64,000 bases of DNA from Balamuthia mandrillaris (taxonomy: Eukaryota): positions 62,001 to 126,000 of the forward strand of contig JAVKOQ020000016.1 of assembly GCA_031835245.2 (NCBI GenBank). Direction: 5' to 3'. The notes under the pieces are model-generated. The model saw only the letters and a program-made list of their open reading frames with translations. It was not told the DNA's origin and made no database searches. The position numbers and the translations under genes were made by a program. Positions 51,733 to 64,000 of this stretch are shown one piece after another (the first letter of the stretch is position 1; each line of letters starts with the position of its first letter).

Positions 51733-52070
51733 CCTGGTTCGTTGGTTCGTTGGTCTTTTGATTTTTTTTTCCTTGCAAGACGTTGGTTACCACAAGATAC
51801 CCTGAACCAGTTTGCTAACAAACACTTCCTCTCCCAAAAAAAAAAAAAAACAGAAAGGGTAGACAGGCGAGAGGAAGAAAGAAAAGTGTGCTTTGCTCTC
51901 CTTCTTCTTCTTCTATCACTATCACTTCTTTCTTTACTTTCCTATGCAAATTTCGAGGAAATTTGCAGGCAAGTTGGAAAATCTGGCAACATGAGCCATT
52001 TTGTGCCATGTCCGAAAGCTGAAATTTCATGTTTAATTTTCAACTAAAATTCTATGAAATTTGTCAACAA

Positions 52071-52143
52071 GCCGGGCTAGCTCAGTCGGTAGAGCGCAAG
52101 ACTCTTAATCTTGTGGTCGTGGGTTCGAGCCCCACGCCTGGCG
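52071..52143 (+). tRNA. tRNA-Lys(CTT)
   Basis: Acceptor stem GCCGGGC/GCCTGGC, D arm TAGCTCAGTCGGTAGAGC, anticodon arm CAAGA-CTCTTAA-TCTTG, T arm GTGGGTTCGAGCCCCAC; 73 nt, no intron, followed by a T-run. Confidence 0.97.
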
Positions 52144-52364
52144 ATCATTCTTTTTTCTCTCTCATCAATATACTCATCCCTTATCTGCATCTCATCCGAA
52201 GCTCAGAGCTTCTGTAGCATTATTGTTTTTTTCTTGGTTCTTCTTTCTTTCAGCTGAGTTGTTTGTTTGTTTTCTTGTTCCGTTCATTTTCTAGTTTCTT
52301 TTTATTTTTATGTTGTAACAATTTTTTTGTTCACATTATATGCATTGGGCATTTTACAGCTGGG

Positions 52365-52578
52365 TTAGACAGAGTCGTAGCTTCCGTTGCCTCGTAGCCT
52401 ATCTATCCCGAGCTTCACCTTTGCAATGGAGAACATGACTCCGTCCTTGACCAGCCCGGGCAACATTTTCCAAAACTCCACGTTGGGGATGAGGGCCAGC
52501 CCGCTTTCTTTCTTGTAGAACTTTTGAAACAGGACCCCTCCCACAAAGTAAACCAACAAGACGCTGCCCAGTCTGTTC

Positions 52579-52622
<44 letters not shown>

Positions 52623-53380
52623 GTAACATCAGGAAGAACAAACGAGATATACAATGGATCAACTGATACATACACGATGATGAAGATCCAACCACCGGCG
52701 AGCGCTGAGGAACCTCCTCCCTCGCCGCCCTGTCCAGGAACCACCGCGCAGGCGTACTTGGAGGTAAAGATGAGGTTGTAGTTCAACGTGGGGCTTTCTA
52801 CAGGGTTACCGCAGGTGAGCGTGCCCTTGCTGTCCCGATCGCACTTGAACTGAATGGTGCTGGTCCTCCCGCCATCCCCTCCGCTCAGTTTCAGCGTGAA
52901 ACCACGCCCTCCCGGCAATTCCTGTGAATAGCTTGCGCTCGTCTTCGTGCCAATGCCATAAGAATAGTAGGCTTCAGACCCTGTATGACGACGATAAGCC
53001 GTAGAACTAAAGCAGGAAACAACACACTAAACGAGTCTGGCGACAGGGAAGCGGTGGCTACACACAGCCTAGCTGAACGTACCCATCTGACATGTGGACT
53101 GGCCAGGATTGGGGGTGTTGCAGACCGGCTCTTTGACGATCCCGCAAGGAGCAAAGACGAAGCGGTACCCATCCGTTGAAAAACAGCTCAGCTCGCCGAG
53201 GGCCGCAAAGGCGCCGGAGAAGTCGTACGTGGTCCCAGAGCTAAACGTGTGCTTACACCGACTGCCAATAGGGACGGCCTCAACCCCCAAGACATCCTCT
53301 TCCCCGGCTGAAGACTGCATCACGCCGCACCCGCCCCACACCAACAAGATGAACGTCAACCAAGGGCTTATCTTCGACAT
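52365..53380 (-). CDS. Mannose-6-phosphate receptor / ATG27-like type I membrane protein; 3 exons
   Basis: Signal peptide, Cys-spaced MRH domain (YDFS, FAPCG, CQ, GRTSTIQFKCD, SKYAC), TM GWIFII..., G.ALIPN.EFW..LP.LVKDG, C-terminal YDSV sorting motif. Confidence 0.88.
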
Positions 53381-53512
53381 GCTCCGTGCTGTGGTGCAAA
53401 CCCCCACAAGAGGAGAAGAGGTTCAGGTGAGAAATAAATATATCTGTTCTCCTTTTTTTATATTTTTGATATCCAGAACGCGTCGTTTCGGTAAACTGGA
53501 GAAGAGGGAGAG

Positions 53513-53558
<46 letters not shown>

Positions 53559-53825
53559 TGAAAGCGTCTACCTAATATATCACCGGTCTCTCTTGGGAAA
53601 AGGCCTTGTGTTTTGTCCTATTCATGTTATGCGGTGGAGCGGCCGAAACTGGTTGCTGCGAGGAAGAAAAAAAAGCCGAAAAGGGGCTAAAAGTTTTTCG
53701 TGGTTTGGCATGTTTTCTGCGTTTTAATATAGTACAAATATTGCTGTGACGACGGTGCAGCAAAGAGAGCTACGTTTCGATGAATCAAACGGGAACGAGA
53801 ACACGAATGGGTTTCTATGGACGAG

Positions 53826-56800
53826 TCAAGACAAAACCTTTTTCTCACCATTTGGTGGAGAACGGTGTGCGAACCTCTCCCTGTCGCCAACATTTCTGTT
53901 AATCTCTTTCCAGATTCTTCCAAGCGTGTCATGCAAGAGGGTCAACACAACGGGGTCACGTTGCGCCATGCCGTGTTCTTTGTAAAGCTACAAAAAAAGG
54001 CCGTTGGGGGAACGCAAACTTTCAAAAAGAAGGATATTTACAAGTGTACAAAAATTTAAAAAAAAAACGGGTTTCTCTTTCTCCTTCTTCATCATGTTCT
54101 TGCTTTGTTCTCTATGTCCAGTTTGTCCATGCTGCTTTGTTTTTTGTTTTTTTCCGGTGTTGGCTACGTTACAGTGATCACTTCTTGCTCCTCCTCTTCT
54201 TCTTCTTGTTGTTGTTGTTGTTGCAGTTCCTCGTTCTCATCGTCGCCATTTTCTTCTTCTCTTGATGTTTGTCGGTTTTGCTGCGCGTCTTCCTCTTCAT
54301 CTCGTCGCATCCGCCGCACTTGGACCACGGGCAAAACGTGTGTTTCTTCTGGTTCCCTCGCTTCTCTATCTCCGCAACATTCTCTTTCTTCCTTTTCTTT
54401 TGCTTTTCCTTCCCCTCCTTCCGCTCTTTCATCATCCTCGATCGCCAAAGCAGTGGGCAGAAGAGAAGAGACGTTGTTGTAAGAGGGCCACTTGAAGGTC
54501 GGAATGAGGCCATGGTCCTTCAGGTAATGGCTGACCGTGTCCAAATAGTCGGAGAAGCGCAGATGAGGTAACACCCACGTTGATCCAGAGTTATTGTCCT
54601 GCAATTCCACTGTGACGACTTCATCTCGCAACATCCACGCAGCCTTCTCTGCGCTAATGTTATCTACATTTTCTATTCTTTCTTTTCCTCCGTCGTCACC
54701 CGCTTTAGTTATTTGATGTTGATATTGGTGATGCCGAGTCGTTGAAGGAGAAGAGGATGATGAAGATGAGGATGAAGAAGAGGAATAAGAGGAACGACGA
54801 GGAGAAGCAGAAGTGGAAGTGGAGGAAGAATGTAAGAAATGGTTGAGTTCTCCGGTGCTCTCTGAACAAGACGGCAAGTTACAGTTGGCATTGCTTTGAG
54901 GAGAAACATCATCCCGCGTCACATGCAGCTTGGTCCAAGTGCCCATCGTGCCATCCTCATCCACCACCAATACATCGTCTTCCTCCATGTTAAGCATCAT
55001 CCCTCCTTGACGAAAGTCAGTAATGTCTCCATCGCTTTTGTAGCCTTCATCGATGTGATGATGCGGAATGCGCAAATGTGAAGATGGTGAGGAAGAAGAG
55101 AGAACACCATCCAATCCACAAACATCCGCAGATACGCTTCTCGTGATGGAAGGAGGGTTGTTGCCTTGGCCATCGCTATTGCTGCGACGATGTCTTGTGG
55201 TCGTAACAACAGTTGAAGAAGATCGATTGGAAGAAAGAGGAGAACGGTGGATATCAACCCACGGAGACGACGGTGTCGAATACGAGTTGTGATGCTCAAA
55301 GGAGCCTTGTCGCTGAGGAGTCGAAGAAGCACTCGTCGATGACAATTGGGAATGGCTATAGTCCTCGATGATGGTAAGGTTCTTCAACTCGTCACAAAAG
55401 TTATTCACCAACTCTTTATCTGTGGAGGCAAAGCGAGCTACAAGGTAGGGTTTCTCCCCTTGTCCTTCCGTCCGATAGACCGTGCACTGCACGCCCTGCA
55501 TCACCTTCTCCAAGTGTTGCTTCTCCTGGTGTACGCGGCCCAGCTCTCGCTCCAGCTGATCGCGAGCCTGTTGTTGTAGGTCCAGCTGCCGTTTTATGGC
55601 CTCCAGCTCCTTGCCCAGTCGCAGATTCTCCTCTTGGATGCCTCGCGCTGCAGTACTCTGGCTTTGGGTGTAGTAGTCGGTGGTGTAGGCCTTGTTCTTG
55701 GTATGAAAACGGAGGTAGTAGCTCTTCCAGAACGCCAGCTCCTCCTTCTTGGTGCAAATATCCCTCCAACTAAAGTTTCTGGGGCTCTTATGTTCGTGTA
55801 GATGTTGCGGTGGTCGATAACTCATGGAGACATCTTCTTTCTCTTCAGGTGATGCGGCGGTCAAGTCATCGTCACCGTCAATGTCTTCGTTGTTCGAAGA
55901 AGATGTTGTGTCTTTTTCTTTGGCTTCGCAATAACGGTGCTCTGTGTCCCGCGCAGCAGGAGTCTCTTGAAGACTTTCGAGCTCTTTCTGTGTCTTGGGC
56001 TCTGCTCCGGGTCCACCCTCCACTTTAAGCTCCAACTCTCCATGTGTGCTTCTTCTTTTTCTACTGTTCCTTCTGCCTCGTCTGTGTCTCTTGCGAGCAC
56101 AGCTGCGAATCTTTCCAGAGGCTGTAATCACTTCGTCTTTTTCTTCTTCCTCCTCATGATTTGGATGATAGGACGGAGAAGAAGAATGAAGAGAACGCGT
56201 AGATGGTATGTTCAGTGATTCTCCGCCTTGCGTCGTAGTGGAGGGAGAAGGTGTATTTGCTCGTTGATGATGCCCGTTCGTACCTCGGGGAGTAGAGGAA
56301 GAAGAAGAGGGCAAAGAGCGAGTACCACCAGCTGCACGTCGAGAGGTAGGCGGGGAAGTAGCGATAGGAGGTTGGTAGAAAGGATTTTCAAAGAACTTGC
56401 GATTATGGTTCATATAAGTCCATACAGATATGGTTTTGTGCTTCAGCCCGTGCTGTTCTCGTTGACGTTCATTGTCGTAGAGAAAAGTGCCGTACTTGCA
56501 AGAATAAACATGGTCCGCCAGAGTGACCAAATACTGTTCGTTGAACTCGAAGCAGACAGGAAACTGATTGTAGAGCTGCCACACGCAGTCCAAGAATTGG
56601 AGGAAGATGGGAGAACACTCGTTGGTATCGAAGAAGGCTTGGTGGGAGTGACCCGACCTGCAATCAAATTTGTGACCTGTTGAGAAGAGTTAAGGAAATG
56701 CATGGTAACAACGAGGAGTAAAAAGAAAATGAAGAACGAAAATAGCAGAAGCAAGAGAAAGAAAGAGAGAAATTTACCAAACGCAAGCCATTCCTTCTCT

Positions 56801-57492
56801 ACGAGAACCTCAAATCCTTCAATGGTTCGATAGTAGGGATCCAAGATGAGCTGAGTCAAGGCACACAGCTGGCTGGTCCTATCCCATCCGTCACTGCAGT
56901 GGACCAAGACAGAGGCCGCGTCTTTGTCTATAAGTTCCGCCATCTTCACGGCTGCCTGAAGGACCAGACTGGTATGCTCCAACCAGCTCTTGCCATCGAG
57001 GAACCAGCGCGTTCCCTCCAGGCTAGAAAACCATCGATAGTCCTGATGGCGGCGACAAAGCTCAGCCAGTTGCTTGAAGCTCTCGCGCATGGTGTGGATG
57101 TTGTCGATGTTCATGAACAACAGCCGGCAGTTGGGATAGTAGACCATCTTCTCGGTGCCGGCTCCTCGTGCAGTGTTGGCGTAGGCGTTGACCCAAGGGC
57201 GACAGTCCACTATGTACATAATCTTGCTGGAAGGGTTGGCATCGTTGATGGCTTTTATGATTTGTTCGTCGGCTGTGCTTCGTTGTTGCATGAGGCCAAC
57301 CTTTTTAATTTCAGAGAGGTTAATAGGTGTTCAAAAAACCAGGAAGAAACGAAGCCAAACCATTGGCTGACTGCAACGTGATAAGGTCGCGTGATTAGAA
57401 CGATTATACCAACAGAGGCTGGGTAGTCGTCGATGGCTTCTGAACTTCGCTGCAACTTTGAGCACTGGAACCAAGCAAAATAGGTAATGAGG

Positions 57493-57525
<33 letters not shown>

Positions 57526-58715
57526 AAACAAACCGCTGTCCTTAATGCACGCAGGCACCACAAACTGTTTCGGATAAGAGCGACAAAGCTCCCACTGCTG
57601 ATTGACTTTAGTGACGAGCCGCCACTTCCTGCGGGGCAGCCGCTGCCTCACGAAGAATTCTTTTTCCCAGTCGAAGATGTTCCAACCATCGGGCGTACCT
57701 GGAAATTCCTCTTTGTTGAAGTAGGCAAAGAAGTTTTCCCTCTTACAGGTTTGCTTGAGCGTGTTGCAAAAGTTGATGACGGAGTTGGCGTCCTTGAAGC
57801 GCAGTCGCATGGTTCTCAGGTCTTTGCACCAAATGTCCAATACACGAGGAAAGTGTTTGTTCTTCTCTAGCTTGGCGATCATGTGAAGCGGGATCTTGGA
57901 GGGATCACATTCATGCGGAAGAAGATGCTTCTTCTGATTCTCCTCTGTTTCTTTCTTGTCCGCAAAGACCATTTCATATTTGGTGACCACCAGAACACCA
58001 GTCATAGAGGAGGAAGGAGAACGAGATGAGGGTTGTGTTGAAGAGGGCATACTTAGACTTCGTGTTGGTTGTGCACTGTTGGCATTGTGTCTGTTGAGTG
58101 TAGGAGAGGAGGAAGAGAAGGAAGAGGAGCTGGCTCCTTCTTCTTGGGCATTCTCCGCTGCGAGCTCTTCTTCCTGTGCTGCAAGGTCGCTGAGGAGATC
58201 TCCCCCAACAGGCTGCAACAAGGTCACGTTCTCAAAGACGTTGAAATCCTGCGCATTTTGACTTCGTTGGGAGGAAGCCTTGTCCATGCATATCGAATTC
58301 AACAACTGTTGATTGTTCTTGGTGAGTTGCAACGAAGACAAAGAGATGCAGAAAGGAAGAAGAGAGAAAGTAGCAAGAGAGAGACCTCGTTGTGCACTTC
58401 GTTAACATCTTCCACAAACGTCCAGTCCTCAGAGGAGTTGAGGCATTGATGTATGGTAGGATCGTACTCCTCATAGTAGCCTTTTTCATGTGCAAAGTGA
58501 GAAGAAACCTCAGCTTAAGAAGAGAGAGAAAAAGAGAGAGAGAGAGAGAGAGAAACAGAGTAGAACAACGTACTTGCGTTTTCTAGCATCTGGCGGCCTT
58601 TGGACTTGAGGCTCTGAAGAGCGCCGCCCACGTAGCTGAGATTCAGTTTGAGGTCCACTTTGAACGACTTAAAAAAAAGACCAAGTTCAAACGCAACGAA
58701 ATCCCCAAATTCCAA
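53826..58715 (-). CDS. Myotubularin-family phosphoinositide 3-phosphatase with PH-GRAM region and coiled coil; multi-exon, both ends approximate
   Basis: LC.SYP..FVVP, KFRS..RLP.L, RCSQP, IVDCRP, NI.NIHTMRES, catalytic VHCSDGWDRT, EKEWL.FG, DCVWQL..QFP..FEF, YGTFL. Probable last exon at 53826-53987 (LYKEHG...KVLS*). Confidence 0.9.
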
Positions 58716-59694
58716 TCCGTTTCTTTCTCAGCGTAGCGTAGTGGCTTGCAAGAGGATGAGACGAAGAGGAGTTAAAGTTGTTGTTGTTGATGATGAAGTG
58801 CTTCAGAGCTGAGATGAAAGGGAAAAAAAAAAGAAGGTAGCAGCAGATAGATTTTTCTCAAAAAAGAGGTGATCGGATGAAAAGAAAAATAAATAAAGGC
58901 TGAAGTATCAGTTTTTGCTCGTCCGTTTGTTCTTGTTTTTTTTATTTCTTCTTCTTCTTCTTCTTCCGTTTTCAAAACGCTCGGTTGAAAAAAATCAAAA
59001 ACAGAACCAACAAAAGGTTCCTTCCCATGGGAAAACTCAGAGAAGAGAGAGGAGGGTCAACGTCAAAATTAAATCTCTCTGGAAGATGAGATCTTCTCGT
59101 CAGTTTGGTTTTGTTTTAATCCCCCCCTTTTCCAACGACCAAAAAAGTAAATAAATAAATAAACGAAGAAGAAGAAGAATGAAAAAGCTGCTGAGGATTC
59201 GACTTTGCCTTTTTTTTTTTTGCTACACTATGTGCTCGCTGGGAGAGTAAGCAGTAGCCACACACACACAAAAAAAAAAGTCTCCTCTTGAAATTTTTTT
59301 TGTTCTTCTTTCTTTGCACTTTTTTTTTTTTTTGCGGGGCGATGTGCGCAGCTCAGCAAGGGAAACGGGTGGGGTAGAACACCACAAACGGTTTGTCCAA
59401 GGAGTGCCTTGTTCCCACGAAATGTGGTACCGGTTCGAATGACAAAAGATGGAAAAAAAGAACGCAAGGCCTGTCTCGGTCTGTCCAGCTGTCACGCCAA
59501 AAAAAGGGATTCAAGGAGAGGAGCGAGGAGAGGAGAGAGGGAGAAGAGGAAACTCACGGAGAATTAGGAAAAACTTTCCATAATTTGATGGGGAAACTTC
59601 ATTTGTGATTTTGGGAATGAAATCAAAATTCCCATAAAAAATAATATTGTGACGTCATGAAACATTCAGTGTCGACAACATTACGTGGGGGCTG

Positions 59695-60717
59695 TCATTC
59701 TGGCGGCCTGCCTCCCACAGCCTTGAGTCGCAACCGAACCGCATTGCCCAACTCGAACATGTTGGCCATGGCCCACAGCCTTTTGGACTCTGGATGAAGC
59801 TTGAGGGTCTCGTTCCACTTGCCATTGCGAAAGTATTGGATTTCTCTCTTGTCAAAGTCCAGCAAGGCTCCTAATATGTCACCTCCCTGCCATCCGTCCC
59901 GAACTTGGCGCTTTCTGGAGAACTGAGACCCGATTCCTGTCACTGAGAACAAAACCACGTAAACCAAAAGACAGGAATGAACAAGAGCAAGAGCAAGTCT
60001 TTGCTGTACCGCTTTGTGAACCTCTTGGGGAACTGCTCCAGCTGTAACAAACGTCACGTTGCGGTTGTTTAAACCTTCGCCCAACAACATCAAAGTTTTC
60101 GTCAATGAAGCCAACGCTCCACGTGTAACGGTTGCATTGTTCAATGATGAGCTCTATTGCAACAACACCCGAATCGAAGAATTGTTTGCTCCGCACCGTT
60201 ACGTACTCTCACCCCACCCCTTTCATTCTTTGTTGAGCTAGGAAAGTTAAGGAGCAGCCAGCAAAGAGCGGATAGAATACAGCAGACAACGGGAACAAAA
60301 AGGAATTGGTGATGGGAGGGCATACAGTGGTCGAACGACCAAGGCTGGACTGGGAAAGCGAATGGAGCTACTAGAGACCCAGGGAGCGCTGTCCCATACC
60401 ACTAGGTTGTCTACACACAGCAAACATATCTGTCAATAGAACGAAGAGGAGAAGAGAAGAGAACGATGAAGAGAAGAGCATGACGAGAGAGAAGCAAGAC
60501 ACAAGCCCATAAACCTCTGTAGTTGTGAAGCCAGGACCTTCTGGTGTTTGGGCAATGCCACGACTCCTAAGTCCCGCTCGCAACGAGCACGCCACGCCGA
60601 TTCATCCAACACAGCCGCCAGGCAGGTGGAAGACAGCACAAAGCAGGTTGGGTAAAGGTCCTTGGTGGGAATCCACCCAAAGACCATGCTCAGCAGCTCT
60701 CCCGGCAGCTCCTCCAT
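59695..60717 (-). CDS. F-box plus SPRY/B30.2 domain protein; multi-exon
   Basis: MEELPGELLSMVFGWIP...VL.DESAWRARC (F-box). SPRY-like SGVVAIELII...WSVG and GDILGALLDFDKREIQYFRNG. Confidence 0.85.
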
Positions 60718-61084
60718 TCTCCTTGTCTCCTTGGTTTCATAGATCATACATGATCTTAGCCACGTCACGGCTGACATCATTCGATGTCGAATGATTTGAT
60801 GATGTCATCGTTTTGCTGACATCAGCTTCCCATGCCTTTTCGCCTCTTTTCTTTCCTTCTTTTTTTTTTTGTGGTGTCGTTTCAGTTGACTAAAAACTTT
60901 CAACTTATTGGGGTGAAAACACCCCTACCGGTGCTTATAGTTTTTTTTAAAAATATTTTCCCTGTGGCAAGTCTTCCTCTTTCCACTTTGTCACGACCGG
61001 ATCACCCTGAACAACGATACCAACGCTTCTTTGCTCTTTTTTGCTGTTTTCGCAACTGAAGGACTGTACTCGGGGCTGTCGACG

Positions 61085-64000
61085 ATGAGCGAGGGCGAGT
61101 ACACTCTTCCAACCAACTACGCGGATGCACTGGAATGGACATCCACTTCCTTGATTGATCCTTCTTCGGGAGTCGCTTCAACGCCTTCTGCCCTCCAACA
61201 GACGACCACCAGCCCAGGAGTAGGAACCATAGCCCCAAGTTTGGTATCGAGTTTAGCAGGGGCAGATGAAGGTTCCAAACGGAAGAGCAAGAAAGAGGAG
61301 AAGAAGAAGGAGAAGGAGGAGAAGAAACGGCAAAAGGAGGAGGCGAAGGCGTTGAAAGAAAAGGAGAAAGAAGAGGCCAAGTTGAAGAAGAAGAAAGAGA
61401 AGGAGGATAAGTTGAAAGCCAAAGAGGAACGCAAAAAGTCCAAAAAGGCTTCAATTCCTCCAGCTAACTTTAACCCTACCAACCAACAAGGCCCCTCCAC
61501 AGCCGACTACGGCACCAAAGCCAGCCGAAAGAAGAATCTCGAGCTCAAACTGTTGGAGCGACCGGACGAGGCTTCCCTGTTGGCCAGAGGTGTCATGAAA
61601 AAGACCCGCAATAGTATGTCTTTTTTGTTTTTGATGTTTGTTTTCGATGTTTGCTGACTCTTTTGTCACCACCAACAAAAGTACCATTGTTTGGAGTGCC
61701 TCTTCCTCATGTCATGTACACCAGCTACACAGAGTTTGAACTGCCCACCGTTTTCGTGGAAGCCGCTGAGTTCCTCCGGCAATGTTCGTTCTTTTTCTTT
61801 GTCCGTTCTGTTCGTCCTGTTCATTCTTTTTTCTTTCTTCCTTTCCAAACGCACATGGCAACAAACCAGGCAACAGGCTATCGCTGGAAGGTCTGTTTCG
61901 AGTATCAGGGGGGCAAGGCGAGGTCAACCAGTTCAAAGAGGCCTACGATAAGGGCCTTGCACCCAACTTCAGTGCCGAGTGCAACCCCCACTCCGTCAGC
62001 AGTCTCCTCAAGCAGTACTTTCGTGAGCTACCGGAGCCCCTGTTAACCTTCAATGGCTACCACCAGTTCTGCGATGCCATGAAGGAAGGGGATGAGGGTA
62101 CAAAGTTCCAAAGGGTCTCCGAGGCGCTGCATGCGCTGCCTCCTCTCAATTACTGCCTCCTGGATGCGCTTGTCAAGCTACTTACCGAGGTGACACAGTT
62201 CTCTTCGGTGAACTTCATGACGGAGGCCAACCTGGGTATTGTCTTTGGCCCCACGCTGTTGAGGGACGAGAAGGAAGACATGATGAGCATCGCCTCCACT
62301 CCGGAAGTAGTTGAGTTCTTGATTCTAAACTACCAGGAGCTCTTCCAGGTTCGTGTGCTTTTCGTTATTTCCTCTGTCGTCTTTGTGTTGCATTCTGTTC
62401 ACTTTTAAAGTTCAATTCCAAACTCTCTTTTGTAGTCTGAAGGAAGTCGTAGAGTTCGAATGAACACAACGAATGCTCCTGTAGTGGCCATCGAGTCCAA
62501 AGCTCCAGTGAGGCCGCCAGAGCTGGCAGCCATGGCCCCGCTCCTCGATGCAAACGACACTCCTCCTCAAACCCCAACCAGCAGTGCTGCTTCAAGCTAC
62601 AACTTCAACAAAAACAGCAACGAGAGCGAATCCGCCAACAACTTCTTCAACGAAACAGAGAAGCCTGCCTTTCCCTTTGGTGGTGCTGCTGCGTTAGCCA
62701 ACAAAAATAATAACAACATGAACGCACCTGGCAGTCCATTAGGAAGGAGGTTCAACGCAGCGGTCCCTCCGCCAACAGGAATTCGCGGCTCCCCTCGCTC
62801 TTCTTCCTCCTCTGACTTGTTGGCCGACATTCCAGCACATGCACCACAAGGAGGCAGCAGTCGCAGGCCTCACGTTTCATCCACACCAGGTGGAGGAGCT
62901 CCTTCTTCTGCTTCTGCCTCTGTAGGAGAGCTGCCCTCTCCTCGCAACATGAACCTTGTGAGCAGTGCCAGCAGCCCTGATATGACGGCCCTCATGATGA
63001 ACTCCTCTGGCCCTCTCCTCACACGGACAGCCGCTGCAGATCAGTTTGGGGGAGGAGCAGGATCTCGTCGGGCGAGAATGAGCAGCCCCCCTGGTGTAAA
63101 CAAAATGATATCTTCGGAAGTGCTTAACTTCTCATTTGGAGGTCCCAGCAATCAAGGCCGGAAACATTCTCTGGGAGACATACCTTCTTATTCCGCACGA
63201 GGGCCTTCGCCGTTGTCGATGTCATCATCAGGATTGGAGTATGTGCTTCCTTCTTCTGCTTCCTCTGATTCCCTTTCCCCGTCATCCTCTGGCGAATATC
63301 CGTTGCGGCCCCTTGCAGGAGGCTTTCCTCGGGGTCGCTTTCAAACGACACAAAACGTTGGGAGTAATGGAGGAGGAGGGGGTGGATGGCCTCCCAACAA
63401 CACTCCATCAAGCGAAGGGATGATGCCGACTATGACGGGTTCTAATGCTCCACCGCTTCCAGCACTCCCTAGCCGTGAGCGTCCTTCCTCTCCAGCCCTT
63501 CCACCCTCCCCTTCGCCCTCACCCCCGCCTTCACATTCCTCCCCCGCAGCAGCGCCATCGTCGCACCAAGAGAGCTTCGATTCTATGGTATTTGCCCCAC
63601 CACCATTGCCTCAGTCGCTTGAAATATCATCACAACAACAGTCGGCGATGGCAGGATTTCAGCAGCCACAAGAACAACTGTTTGAGAGAAGTGTATCAGA
63701 AGAACAGCAGAACCAACAATGGAACAATAGCGGAGAGGAACGAACCAATGAAGTTCCCAATACTAGCAACAGCGGAGCAGGAGCATACAGGAGCCTTCCG
63801 CTATACTCTGGAGAGACGTCTCGAGGAGACACCATCCCATTGCCTAACAGTCAGTCCACACCCAATATGTTTGGTGGAAGAAACGAAGGAGGTGGTGCGG
63901 AGCAAGCAACGCCAGGAACAACAGAGCTATCACAAAGCCAACAACCACAACAGCCACCAACGCCACCGCCAATTGCCGGCAGAATGGTACTTGAGCAACG
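61085..64000 (+). CDS. RhoGAP with an RPEL-like motif and long Ser/Pro-rich tail; runs off the window
   Basis: LFGVPL, LP......EFL, EGLFRVSG (arginine finger), PHSVSSLLKQYFRELPEPLL, NFM...NLGIVFGPTLL; LELKLLERPDEASLLARGVM lies just upstream. Confidence 0.9.

Noticed and set aside
52029..52217. 62-aa ORF
   Set aside because: It overlaps the tRNA-Lys gene and is spurious.
53687..54059. Short ORFs as independent genes
   Set aside because: They are better explained by a final myotubularin exon in another frame plus UTR.

Overview
Gene-dense eukaryotic nuclear DNA with about 23 protein genes, mostly intron-containing, and one tRNA-Lys(CTT). Intergenic gaps are short, and the short GT-AG introns are often filled with microsatellites. 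Gene content and style suggest a free-living amoebozoan or similar protist; this is inference, not verified. Recognisable genes, left to right: BRWD/PHIP-type WD40-bromodomain protein (5' truncated), RPB11, SH3/Pro-rich protein, coiled-coil protein, TMEM104, plant-MKP1-like DUSP-gelsolin phosphatase, BLOC1S5/Muted, M13 neprilysin, threonine aldolase, HAD-like protein, OM47-like beta-barrel, BTB-like protein, F-box/pseudo-eEF1A/C2 fusion, tandem C3H-finger protein, GPATCH4, cytidine-deaminase-like orphan, TRM3/TARBP1, ERO1, CtlX-type amidinotransferase, a small coiled-coil protein, tRNA-Lys, M6PR/ATG27-like receptor, myotubularin, F-box-SPRY protein and an RPEL-RhoGAP (3' truncated). The strongest novelty candidates are an F-box fused to a catalytically dead full-length eEF1A-like module plus a C2-like domain, a deaminase-fold orphan with a large insertion sitting behind a duplicated promoter-like cassette, and a homologue of the plant mitochondrial OM47 barrel. 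All family assignments come from motif recognition by eye and manual splicing; no searches were run.
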